Positions 1 through 9,387 of a stretch of DNA of 64,000 nt are shown in pieces. The notes under the pieces are model-generated. The model saw nothing but the letters and a program-made list of their open reading frames with translations. It did no database searches and was not told the origin of the DNA. The DNA is from Terriglobia bacterium (GTDB lineage Bacteria > Acidobacteriota > UBA6911), in the NCBI GenBank assembly GCA_963739235.1, contig CAVTZY010000033.1, forward strand, positions 157,153 to 221,152, read 5' to 3'. Within the stretch, counting starts at the first letter, position 1; every line of letters starts with the position of its first letter. Both the position numbers and the translations under genes were made by a program.

Positions 1-930
1 GACCAGCATCGATTCGAGCAGGATAGAGGCCAGGATGTTTCTTCTGCGGAAGCCGATCGCGCGCAGCGTGGCCACCTCGCGGGAGCGGGACATGACCGAG
101 CCGTACATCATGTTCATGGCGGCGAAACACGCGCCGATGCCCATGATGATCGCGATGAAGTTGCCGAGCAATTTGACCCCCATGGAGGTCGAAGCCTGAT
201 CCGCGAAATACTTCCTCTGGGGCAGCGCCTGCAAATTGATCCGCTGGTCGTCGGCAATGCGCTTACGTACCTGGCCGGAGGCAGATTCGTTCTCCACCCG
301 CACGAGTATAGAAGAATAGATCGGGCGGTCCCAATCCTGGGCGACCGCGCCGTAATCCGCCCATACTTCCGAGTCATAGGCTGTGCCGCCTGCATCGAAA
401 AGACCGACGACCGCCCAGTCGCTGCGCCCGAAATGGACGGTTGAGCCGGGCGTCAGATTCCGGAAGCGTTGAGAAAGCGAGCGGCTGGCGACCACCTCGC
501 GCAGTCCGCTACGGAACATCCTCCCCTCTACAATCCTGGCCTCGGGGCGGAGCAATAACGACTGGGTGGAGGTGCCCCGCAGAATGATGTTCGAACTTTC
601 GCCGTCGATGCGCGTGTGGTTGACATTCACGACGATTTCACCGACCGCCAGCGGTTCCTCATTGGCGCCGCGCACAATGCCCGGGAGAAACCGGACGACC
701 TGGAAAAGGTCACGGTTGAAGTAGCTGTTGGTTTCGTTGAGCGATCCCTGGCGGATCACGATCAATTGGTTGTCATGGCCGGTTTCCACAAAGATCGCTT
801 CCAGGCCGGCTACAAGCGCGGTCATGGTAATAAAAATCGAAACGGTGAGACCGATGCCGATCACGGTCATGGCCGTACCGGTGCGCCGAGCCCAGAGGCT
901 GCCAAGGTTATATCGAAGCGGGATTTTCAA
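1..930 (-). CDS. ABC transporter permease, FtsX/MacB family (3' end runs off the left edge)
   Basis: Minus-strand translation starts with LKIPLRYNLGSLWARRTGTAMTVIGIGLTVSIF and ends with VKLLGNFIAIIMGIGACFAAMNMMYGSVMSRSREVATLRAIGFRRRNILASILLESMLV, which is the FtsX TM block. The TTG start at 930 is preceded by GGAG. It is absent from the ORF track because no stop lies inside the window. Confidence 0.8.
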   Translation of the reverse strand, partial: MKIPLRYNLGSLWARRTGTAMTVIGIGLTVSIFITMTALVAGLEAIFVETGHDNQLIVIRQGSLNETNSYFNRDLFQVVRFLPGIVRGANEEPLAVGEIVVNVNHTRIDGESSNIILRGTSTQSLLLRPEARIVEGRMFRSGLREVVASRSLSQRFRNLTPGSTVHFGRSDWAVVGLFDAGGTAYDSEVWADYGAVAQDWDRPIYSSILVRVENESASGQVRKRIADDQRINLQALPQRKYFADQASTSMGVKLLGNFIAIIMGIGACFAAMNMMYGSVMSRSREVATLRAIGFRRRNILASILLESMLV

Positions 931-961
931 TGGTCTGCTCCAATCCGGCGCCGCGACGCCG

Positions 962-2123
962 TCAATCGACTCCTCGCAGCGCATCCACGACGCGCCTGCG
1001 AGCAGCCTGCCAGGCGGGGGCTCCCGCAGCCACCACACCGACAAACAAGCCGATAGCCACGCACAAGGCAACAGTACCCAGCGTCACATTGAAGCGCTGC
1101 ACAAAGCCCATCGTAATGGATGAGAGTTTAAACCGCATATAAAGCAATTTGGCGCCCAGGGAGCCGATCAATGCTCCGGTCAGGGACAACAAAGTGGACT
1201 CGCCGATCAAAAAGGCAAGGACGTGTGCTTTCTTGAAGCCCAGCGCTTTGAGAATGCCTATTTCTCTCACCCGTTCGCGGATCGACATCGCCATGGTGTT
1301 CGATGCCACCAGCACAATGGTGAAAATCACCACCGAAGCGATCGCCGTGATGAGAAGGCGGACGTTTCCCATCATCGCGAGGAAGCCGAGCACAAACGCC
1401 TTCTCACTTTCGGTCTTGGTGGGGGCAGTGCTGTTGCGAAAGAGCCCGTCCACCTGTTCGGCGACGCCGGGAACTTCCTCGGGCGAGCGGACGCGAATCG
1501 AGTAGGTCCCGACAAAGTCGGCCCCGGAGAAGCCGCTCGCCTTGATACCTTCGTTGAAATATTCCCAATGAAAGAACAGGCTGCTGCCATCATCAGATCC
1601 GGCGTTATAAATCGCGCGCACCGTCAATTCAGGATCGAACTCGAACAGCGCCCCGGTGAGATGGATGCGATCGCCCACCTTCCAGCCGAAACGCTCTGCG
1701 AGGTTATCCCCCACAAGTGCCCCGGTCCGGTCTTCGATGAAGGCCCGTTTTTCGCTTCTCCGGCACCTGCATATCGGAGTTGACGACGAAGAACTGCTGG
1801 GTCTCGGTCGCGAACTGCGGGAAAAAGTTTTTCGGGTCCTTGTAGACGCCGCCAAACCACATGGACCCAACGACGGCATCCACCCCTGAGACCTGGGCGA
1901 TCTTGGTCCGGTAGGAGAGAGGCAGCATGTTGGCGAGAGAGACCCGGTGCCTCGTAATCAAACGAAGCGCCGACTCAGGCGTCGACGGCGGGCTTTCCAA
2001 CTCCGTCAACAGGGTCCGGAGCGTCGTGATCAGGAACAGAGAAACCGCGATACTCGTGACGGTGAGGATCGTGCGCCGCCGGTTGCGAAGCAAATTCCTA
2101 AGAAGAAACCCAAGGTATTTCAT
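962..2123 (-). CDS. ABC transporter permease, FtsX/MacB family, reading frame broken by one inserted base
   Basis: ORF 1704..2123 carries the N-terminal TM helix plus MacB-like periplasmic domain. ORF 962..1879 carries ...RERVREIGILKALGFKKAHVLAFLIGES... and the FtsX TM domain. They are two halves of one gene, and the frames join at the A5 run (plus-strand T5, 1748-1752). The length is 1162 = 3n+1. Confidence 0.8.
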
Positions 2124-2294
2124 CCGTATCCTGTCGCATGCCTGTCGAAGCGTGAGGAAAGCTTATCCAAAAAACACCACGAGAACAAGTTCAAGCAGCC
2201 GTTACGGGATGGGAAGGATACGGTGAAGCGCCAGGCCGACCTCCGACCTGAGCCTAAAACGCTGAGGTCAGAGGTCGGGGGGTTGGCGGGCGGA

Positions 2295-5046
2295 TTAAGA
2301 GCAGCCGCTGGTTTCGCCGCAGTTTATGCACTTGTAGCAGGATCCGTTGCGGACCATGATGCTGCCGCATCCGGCGCAGGTGGGTGCATCGTCGAGTGCA
2401 TACATGGTCTTGAAGCCGTTCAGCCGCATCCGTTTTGCCCGCGGACGGCACGGGAACAGCGGTCGAAGGCGTAATGGGAGCGCTATCGCGGACGTGAACT
2501 CCGGTCTGAAGCTGCTCTTCACGCGGCAGGAACTTGGCCGCCAGCCAGCGGAAGATATAATCGACGATCGATTTTGCATAGGGTACTTCCGCATTCCCGG
2601 TATGCCCGGAAGGCTCGAAGCGCACGTGCGCAAATTTGTCAATGAGGACCCGGAGCGGCACCCCATACTGGAGCGCGAGGGAAATGGCTGTGGCAAAGGA
2701 GTCCATCAGTCCCGAGATGGTGCTTCCCTCTTTGGCCATAACCAGGAAGATCTCTCCCGGTTGTCCGTCATCGTACATCCCGACGGTGATGTAGCCTTCA
2801 TGTCCGCCGATGGAGAACTTGTGGGTGATGGCGCGCCGCTCGGCCGGAAGCTTGCGGCGCACCGGGTGGAAAGCCGGTTCTGAAGCCTGGGCGGATTTCC
2901 CTTTGCCTGCGGTCAGCGGCTGGGTGCGCTTGGAGTTGTCCCGATAGATGGCAATCGCCTTGACCCCCATTTTCCAGGCCTGCATGTAGGTCTCCATGAT
3001 TTCCTCCACGGTGATGTGCTCGGGCACATTCACCGTCTTGGAGATCGCGCCGGAAATGAAGGGCTGCACCGCGCTCATCATCTTGATGTGGCCCATGTAG
3101 TGGATCGAGCGCGTGCCGCGCTGCGCCTTGAAGGCGCAGTCAAACACAGCCAGATGTTCGGGCCGCACGAACGGTGCGCCCTCGATGGTGCCATTCTCAT
3201 CGATGAACCTGGTGATCGCCTCAACTTGATCTTTCAGATAGCCGAGCTTGGCAAGCGCGGCCGGCACCGTGTTGTTCACGATCTTCATCACACCGCCGCC
3301 GACCAGCTTTTTGAATTTCACAAGGGCGAGATCCGGCTCTACCCCGGTGGTGTCGCAGTCCATCATGAAACCGATCGTGCCGGTAGGTGCCAATACCGTA
3401 GCCTGGGCATTGCGGTACCCGTGGACGGTTCCCTCAAGTACCGCCAGATCCCAGCTCTCCTGCGCTGCCTGCATCAAATCCTTGGGCACGTTTTTGGAAT
3501 TCAGCTTTTGCAGGGCGTTCCGGTGCATGCGCATAACTTCCAGAAAGGGCTCGCGGTTTTCGGCATAGCCTGGAAATGGGCCCAGAGTCGCTGCGATACG
3601 CGCCGACTGCAGATAGGCCTCTCCGGTCATGACGGCGGTAATCGCCGCCGCAAAATCCCGTCCTTCATCGCTGTCGTAAGCCAGGCCGTTGTACATCAGA
3701 AGCGCTCCCAGGTTGGCATAACCCATACCCAGCGGCCGATACTTGTGACTGTTGACAGCGATCTTGTCGGTCGGATAGCTGGCATTGTCGACCGTGATTT
3801 CCTGGGCGGAAATCACCAGATCGATGGCCCGCCGGAAGCCGGCAACGTCAAAATCACCCTGGGCATCCACAAATCGCATGAGGTTGAAGGATGCCAGGTT
3901 GCAGGCCGAGTCGTCGAGAAACATGTACTCAGAGCAGGGATTGGAGGCGTTGATGCGCCCCGAATTCTTGCAGGGATTCCACTTGTTGATCGTGGTGTCG
4001 AATTGCATGCCGGGATCGCCGCAGATGTGCGTAGATGCGGCGATCTTCTTCATCAGATCCCGCGCCTTGAATCTCTCCACGATCTCCCCCGTGCACCGCT
4101 CCCGAGTCTCCCACATGCCGTCATGCTCGACGGCCTGCATGAACTCGTCCGTCACCCGCACGCTGTTGTTGGCATTCTGGAAGAAGATGCTGGCGTACGC
4201 CTCTCCATCCACCGCACTGTCATAGCCCGCTTCCATCAACACCCAGGCCTTTTTTTCTTCCTTCGCCTTGCACTCAATGAACTCCTCAATGTCGGGATGG
4301 TCGATATTGAGAATTACCATTTTTGCTGCTCGACGCGTTTTCCCTCCGCTCTTGATAACGCCGGCAAAGGCATCGAAACCCTTCATGAAGCTGACCGGCC
4401 CTGAGGCGGTTCCGCCGCCCGACAGCCGGGCGCGCGAAGAGCGCAATGGAGAGAGGTTGGTCCCGGTGCCCGAGCCCCACTTGAAGAGACGCCCCTCGGT
4501 GCGAGCCAGGTCGAGGATCGAGTCCATCGTGTCTTCCACAGAATTGATGAAGCAAGCCGAGCACTGCGGCTTGGGCTCGATGCCGCAATTGAACCAGACC
4601 GGAGAATTGAATGAAACATACTGGTTCAGCAAGAGGTAGGCAAGTTCGTCGCTGAATACACTCGCGTCCGCTTCGGATGCGAAATATCCACCCTTGATGC
4701 CCCACTCCGAAATGGTGCGCACCACACGGCCCACCAGCTGGCGCACGCTGTACTCGCGCTGGGGAGTGCCTAGCAGCCCATGGAAATATTTCGAGACCAC
4801 AATATTGGTGGCCATCTGCGACCAGGATTTTGGAATCTCCACGCTCTCCTGCTGAAACAGCAACTCTCCCTTTTCATTTGCGATCGCGGCGGTCCTGGTT
4901 TCCCACTCGATTTCATCATAAGGAGATACGCCTGCCCTGGTGAAATGACGCGGAAACTCGATGCCCGAAGGCGCGTCTTTTCGCTCCTCCGCCGCGTATC
5001 TCGTCGAAACCGCCTTCTCCGAGGGCAGTGCCCTGTTACTTTCCAT
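2295..5046 (-). CDS. nrdJ: Adenosylcobalamin-dependent (class II) ribonucleotide reductase, frame broken near the 3' end
   Basis: The 930-aa ORF has typical NrdJ blocks (SPVWFNCG, NPCSEYMFLDDSACNLAS, TGVEPDLALVKFKKL). The expected C-terminal Zn-ribbon tail DAPTCAGCGSIMVRNGSCYKCINCGETSGCS lies in the neighbouring frame (ORF 2295..2696). The frames join at about 2433-2436, and the length is 2752 = 3n+1. Confidence 0.9.
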
Positions 5047-5201
5047 GCCAACCTCCCAAATCCCCTATGAGTTCGATTGCGCAAATTCGAATGAAGGTGA
5101 CGAGGGCATGCAACATTCACTCTCGTAGCCCATAACCACCGAAGCGCCTAAAAAGATTTATTGGTTGTACACAATAGCATCGACATCGTCAACCGAAAAC
5201 T

Positions 5202-5248
5202 CTCTATATATTGTATCGCACCTTTATCCCTACCACAATATATTGCGC
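5202..5248 (-). promoter_or_regulatory. Tandem NrdR boxes upstream of nrdJ
   Basis: Two AT-rich 16-mers are present: ctctatatattgtatc (5202-5217) and ccacaatatattgcgc (5233-5248). Both resemble the NrdR consensus acaCwAtATaTwGtgt as I remember it. Their centres are 31 bp apart, and they lie about 155-200 nt upstream of the nrdJ ATG. Confidence 0.65.
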
Positions 5249-5318
5249 TTTCATCATTCTTCCAGCTACTTCATTTTTCAGGACTTGCGGATGAATCCGG
5301 ACCCCTCCAACCGGGCAC

Positions 5319-5414
5319 CATATCCGCATCCAAAAACCTCGAAGCAGAGGTCGCTGAGGCCACAGAGGATGTTCTGAACATGAATCGCTTTTCTCTGCGG
5401 CCTCAGCGACCTCT
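5319..5414. repeat. REP-like intergenic element: 29-nt head plus hairpin with 22-nt arms
   Basis: The arms are agaggtcgctgaggccacagag (5346-5367) and ctctgcggcctcagcgacctct (5393-5414). They are complementary at 21/22 positions with a 25-nt loop. The head and left arm recur at 23019-23047 and 23366-23403. Confidence 0.8.
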
Positions 5415-5545
5415 CCGTTGATCTTTTGCTCTTCTTTGCTCTACCGTAAAGATCTGTGCGTAAGCAGTGAGTATCAGTATGTTTGACAATAAAGGACATC
5501 TCATCCAGAATGGCAGCGGTTGCAGCCCTTCCACTGTGTTGGCAC

Positions 5546-6340
5546 ATGATTCGCTATCTGGTATTCGACATCGAAACCCGGGTCGACAAAGCGCTGGTCA
5601 AGCAGATCTATGACCCGGAGAATGTGCTCACGCTGGATCAGGCTTATGACAAGGCTCGCGATCAGATATTGGAGCGCAGCGGCCAGCAGAGCGATTTTTT
5701 TCCTCTTCCCTATCACATCCCGATCGCGATCGCCACTCTTCAGGCGGATGAAAACTACAGGATCCGGTCGCTGGGATGCCTGGGCATCGACCGCTTTTCG
5801 GAAGCCGAGCTGGTCGCCCGCTTCTGGCAGATATTCGAGAATGCCGCTACCCTGGTCACCTTCAACGGCCGCGGTTTTGATCTGCCGGTACTCGAAATCC
5901 AGGCGCTGAAACACGGGCTTTCCCTGCCGCGCTATTTCGCGACCGGAGACTCGAAACAGAGTTACCGGGGCCGTTACAGCGAGGCCTATCACATCGATCT
6001 GTGCGATTTTCTCTCCAACTTCGGCGCGGCCCATCGCCGTGGTTCGCTGGATGTTCTTGCCCGTCTGGTGGGATTGCCCGGGAAATACTCAATCGCCGGC
6101 GAGGACGTCGAGTATCTCTATCGTCAGAAGCGCCTGAAGGAGATCAATCAATACTGCACGACAGACACGCTGCAGACCTTCCTGCTTTTCCTGCGTGTGG
6201 AACTGCTGCGGGGCCGGCTCAATGCCGAAAGCTACCGGGAGGCGATCGCCGCTGCTCGCGAGGATCTTGCCCAACGAGCCGCAAGCGCCGCCGCCGAAAA
6301 CTTTTTGGCGGATTTCCTCCAGCGCTGGACAGACTCTTAA
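5546..6340 (+). CDS. Predicted 3'-5' exonuclease, RNase H-like fold (PolB-exonuclease-related, COG3298-like)
   Basis: The product starts MIRYLVFDIETR (ExoI DxE) and also contains TFNGRGFDLPVL and YCTTDTLQTFLLFLR (ExoIII-like). The start is taken at ATG 5546. The ORF opens at TTG 5483, and ATG 5510 is also possible. Confidence 0.7.
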   Translation: MIRYLVFDIETRVDKALVKQIYDPENVLTLDQAYDKARDQILERSGQQSDFFPLPYHIPIAIATLQADENYRIRSLGCLGIDRFSEAELVARFWQIFENAATLVTFNGRGFDLPVLEIQALKHGLSLPRYFATGDSKQSYRGRYSEAYHIDLCDFLSNFGAAHRRGSLDVLARLVGLPGKYSIAGEDVEYLYRQKRLKEINQYCTTDTLQTFLLFLRVELLRGRLNAESYREAIAAAREDLAQRAASAAAENFLADFLQRWTDS

Positions 6341-6344
6341 CGAG

Positions 6345-6788
6345 CTACTTACCGCAGTTCCGGAGGAGCTGCCGCAAAATGCGGACGGCACGCGGCAGAT
6401 CCGCCTTTTGCACCAGGATATGATCACTGCAAAGAGTGGATACCGGCAGCACGCTGATCTTGGAGTCCGCCAGCACGCTACCGATGGCCGACATGTAGCC
6501 GGGCACAATCATGGAGAGCTTTCCGTTGAACGCGATGACTTTGAACGGGCCGACGACCTTGTATTTGTCGAAAATGCTCTGCATACGAAGCCATTTTCGC
6601 CGCGCGACAATCAGGTTGATTTCCTTCGGTTCCCTGATAAAAACCGCAAACCTCGTGGTAGCCGGACGATACCACTCCCCCGGAATGAATTTGCTGTCCA
6701 GCGGCAGACGAATAGCGAAATAGTCTTCAGGCAGAACGGACAGCCGTGTGCGGACCAATAGCTTTTTCAAGTCGGCGGAAAATGCCAT
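6345..6788 (-). CDS. ACT-domain protein (ACT_7/CASTOR-like small-molecule-binding fold)
   Basis: This is a 147-aa ORF with GC-rich third positions. It has the two-lobed pattern ...FAVFIREPKEINLIV... and ...GYMSAIGSVLADSKISVLPVSTLCSDHILV..., typical of ACT_7 proteins as I remember them. Confidence 0.6.
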   Translation of the reverse strand: MAFSADLKKLLVRTRLSVLPEDYFAIRLPLDSKFIPGEWYRPATTRFAVFIREPKEINLIVARRKWLRMQSIFDKYKVVGPFKVIAFNGKLSMIVPGYMSAIGSVLADSKISVLPVSTLCSDHILVQKADLPRAVRILRQLLRNCGK

Positions 6789-6926
6789 GAGCGCCTCGCG
6801 CGTTTTTGGGGGAAATCAAAACAAATCCTTCTGTATGTACCATAGTCTCCCGCGGCGAACAAGCCGCAGAAGCACAGAAATGAATGGGTGAGTAGGCCGG
6901 CGGAATTGCACCGCCAGCCTCTCGTA

Positions 6927-6960
6927 GAACCGAGCGTGAGACTCTCACCTCACTCGGCTC
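6927..6960 (-). ncRNA. Group II intron domain V (catalytic hairpin)
   Basis: The minus strand reads GAGCCGAGUGAGGUGAGAGUCUCACGCUCGGUUC. It has the AGC triad, a 2-nt bulge and a GAGA-type loop, and starts 3 nt after the IEP stop codon. Confidence 0.85.
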
Positions 6961-6963
6961 CCA

Positions 6964-8250
6964 TCAGGCAAACGTACCGGTCATCCCGATTTGCCAGTGA
7001 ACGAAGAGATCCACGCGCTCCGCGGCCAGCCGTTGGAGAAACTGGCTGGCTCGGGTCTTGTGGCCTTTAAAGCGCTTGAACTTACGCATCACCCATGCCA
7101 CTAACGTCAGATTGACGTGCCGCAGTAGGGGATACAGCGCCGAGGGAGCATAACGCCCGTAATACTCGATCCAACCCCGAAGGAGAGGATTGAGCTGCCG
7201 AGCAATGTCCTGCAAGGACAGCTGTGTTTGATGCCTAATGTTCAGGTCCCGAATCGCTTCCCGCATGGCCTTCATCGCCGAGGGACTGACTGCTGGATTA
7301 AATCCGCAGAACAGCGCCATATCTCGGATACGTCGGACCAGACGGGGTCGAAAGCAGTACCCAAGGAAGTCAAATTTGACATTTGCGTACTTGCCTTTAC
7401 GCTTCCCGTCTCTGCAGTAAACGATCTTGGTTTTCGTCGGATGCATCTCCAGGTGGCACTCCACCAGCCGTGCTTGAAGCTGGGCCTTGAGGGCTTCTGC
7501 TTCGTGCCGGGTCCGGCAGTGCACCAGCCCGTCGTCAGCATATCGACACCACGGGAGTTCAGGGTGTGTCCTCGCCATCCAGAAATCAAACGTGTAGTGC
7601 ATAAAAAGATTGGCCAAAATTGGGCTGATCACTCCGCCCTGAGGCGTACCGCGGCTTCGCTCAACTGTGGTCCCGTCTTCCTGCACCATAGGCGCCTTGA
7701 GCCATCTTTCGATGTACAACAGCGCCCACTTACACGTTATATGTTTCCGAACAGCTCGTAACAAGAGCTTGTGGTCGATGTTGTCGAACAGGCCTTTGAT
7801 GTCAAACTCTAACACCCAGTCATACTTCCAGCACCGCTGTCGCGTCACCCCTATTGCATCCAGCGCCGATTTGTTTGGCCTGTAGCCATAGGAGTCTGCT
7901 AGAAAAACAGGGTCCAGAATTGGCTCAATCACCTGCTTGACTACCGTCTGCGCCACACGATCTGCCACGGTGGGCACTCCCAAAATCCTTTCGCCTCCAC
8001 TCTTCTTGGGAATGGAGACGGCTCGCACCGGCGGCGGAAAATAGCTCCCCGAGCTCATCCGATTCCAGATCTTGTAGAGATTCCTCGACAAGTCGGCCTC
8101 AAATTGCTCGATCGTCTGCTCATCCACACCGGCCGCTCCTCGATTTGATTTAACCGCCTTATAGGCTTCGTACACCATCCGCTTATCGATGTTGAACGGT
8201 TTGTCTGTCGCATGCATCGAGATCATCCTGTTTCCAGTTGTTTCGCTCAT
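6964..8250 (-). CDS. Group II intron reverse transcriptase/maturase (no endonuclease domain)
   Basis: RT motifs are present: NRGAAGVDEQT, IPKKSGGERILGVPTVADRVAQ, and the YADD box in WCRYADDGLVHC. The maturase X motif LNPLLRGWIEYYG is also present. There is no Cys/His HNH region after it. The true start may be ATG 8230 or 8221. Confidence 0.92.
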   Translation of the reverse strand: MSETTGNRMISMHATDKPFNIDKRMVYEAYKAVKSNRGAAGVDEQTIEQFEADLSRNLYKIWNRMSSGSYFPPPVRAVSIPKKSGGERILGVPTVADRVAQTVVKQVIEPILDPVFLADSYGYRPNKSALDAIGVTRQRCWKYDWVLEFDIKGLFDNIDHKLLLRAVRKHITCKWALLYIERWLKAPMVQEDGTTVERSRGTPQGGVISPILANLFMHYTFDFWMARTHPELPWCRYADDGLVHCRTRHEAEALKAQLQARLVECHLEMHPTKTKIVYCRDGKRKGKYANVKFDFLGYCFRPRLVRRIRDMALFCGFNPAVSPSAMKAMREAIRDLNIRHQTQLSLQDIARQLNPLLRGWIEYYGRYAPSALYPLLRHVNLTLVAWVMRKFKRFKGHKTRASQFLQRLAAERVDLFVHWQIGMTGTFA

Positions 8251-9236
8251 GTGACCGCCTGACCCGACCCCTTTGCTCCAGCCCCATTACAGGGCCTTCT
8301 TCGCTCCTACGAGTCGGTCCGCCCCAGTGCTCCGTATCGGTACTCTCGCCTCGCGGTTTTGGCCGCTTGGGCTTCTCCCTTTCCATCGGAGCGACTGGTT
8401 CCTGCAGTTCCGTGCCACCGCCTGCATCCGCTTCACGCCTTCTCTACGCCGGTCGCCACCTGCTCAGTCATCAGGCCCCCAGCAGGTTTATCCCAGGCGT
8501 ACCTTACGCACCTGGTTTTGACGACACTTGAATTTTTAACGACGCGTCCTCGATAGGTTCACTTTCGTTCGTCTCTCGGATGCACACCTGCACGAGTTTT
8601 CCTCGCGCTTTTCCTCCAACGCTCACTACCATGGCTCTTGACCGCAGCAGCTTGGAGGTGGTTTGAGATCTGCTCCTGAAAGCCGATCCCGAGGGGCCGA
8701 CCCTCATCGATCGCACAGCTCGTTCACGTTTAATTAGGTCATATGACCTCCTTATCCGCGCACTTCTGCAGCACACTGAGGCAGAGAAACTCTCAAATTA
8801 CTTCATGAGTTCGCAGAATTGTCAAATTTGCTTACACCGGGCATTTGAGTGCATCAACCGCCACATGCCATTTCAGATCAATAGTTTGGAGCGTTATTGC
8901 GCCGGCCAACCCGCCAATCCTTAAACAGAGTGTCGGAATTCGTTACATCGGCGTCGCACGCCATTCGTTGAGTTTTCCCAGTCCCCAACCCGGATCTCAC
9001 TATTTATAACGTGGAATAAATATCATTGAATCCAATACTTATGTCTCCTTTAGCAGCTGGAAAGAACGGGGGAACATGCGGTGTGGAATGCGAATTGCTC
9101 GCATTATTATCGACGGATGAGGCCTTAATCTGAGCGCAACTTGATTTCATGTGCGTGCCGTCTCCTGGGGCCGCTTCGTTGATTGCGTAGAATAAATCAG
9201 AGTACAAAAGAAAAGCCCCTCACCTGCAGCAAAACC

Positions 9237-9280
9237 GGAGGCGCTCGCTCGACATTTGCAGCGAGCGCCTCCCTTTTTTG
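9237..9280. terminator. Bidirectional rho-independent terminator
   Basis: A 12-bp perfect stem, ggaggcgctcgc / gcgagcgcctcc, encloses a 12-nt loop. It is followed by cTTTTTTg on the plus strand and by ggTTTTg on the minus strand. It lies about 110 nt downstream of the DUF1684 gene. Confidence 0.7.
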
Positions 9281-9387
9281 TCTCACTCAACCTGCCCAAT
9301 CCTGGTTTCGCAGCCGTGCCGGCAGAGCTTGGCAGCAGCATTTCCGTGTTCTTCGAGGAATCTCCCGGCGCGCCTTCAGCGGAAAAT

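Larger units (their letters stand above)
6884..8763 (-). mobile_element. Full-length bacterial group II intron (about 1.88 kb) with intron-encoded RT/maturase
   Basis: The minus strand begins GTGCGCGGATAAGG at 8763 (GUGYG). About 530 nt of DI-DIII precede the ORF. A perfect 34-nt domain V lies at 6927-6960. Domain VI (6891-6925) has a bulged A at 6893. The 3' end is at ...CAC (6888) or ...CAU (6884). Confidence 0.85.

Noticed and set aside
3016-4404. Long antisense or overlapping ORFs inside well-supported genes. Examples are 3016..4404, 17580..18821, 24292..25461, 36068..36925, 39494..40282, 47507..48340, 50289..51416 and 60221..61075.
   Set aside because: These are shadow ORFs typical of high-GC DNA. 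They lie opposite or out of frame to genes with strong motif support, have Arg/Pro/Gly-rich low-information translations, and contain no recognisable motifs.
5047-5200. A cobalamin riboswitch in the nrdJ leader.
   Set aside because: No B12-box-like sequence or multi-stem architecture is recognisable by eye. The NrdR boxes explain the conserved AT-rich elements. An Rfam scan would be needed for certainty.
6338-6347. Convergent exonuclease and ACT genes with stop codons only 4 nt apart and no terminator between them.
   Set aside because: This is an observation only. Tight convergent packing is common and I see no structure to interpret.
6964-8250. A reverse transcriptase as a possible retron, DGR or defence-associated RT.
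   Set aside because: The ORF has the maturase X motif and is embedded in a canonical group II intron RNA (GUGCG 5' end, perfect domain V, domain VI branch A). No msr/msd-like or template/variable repeat structure is seen.
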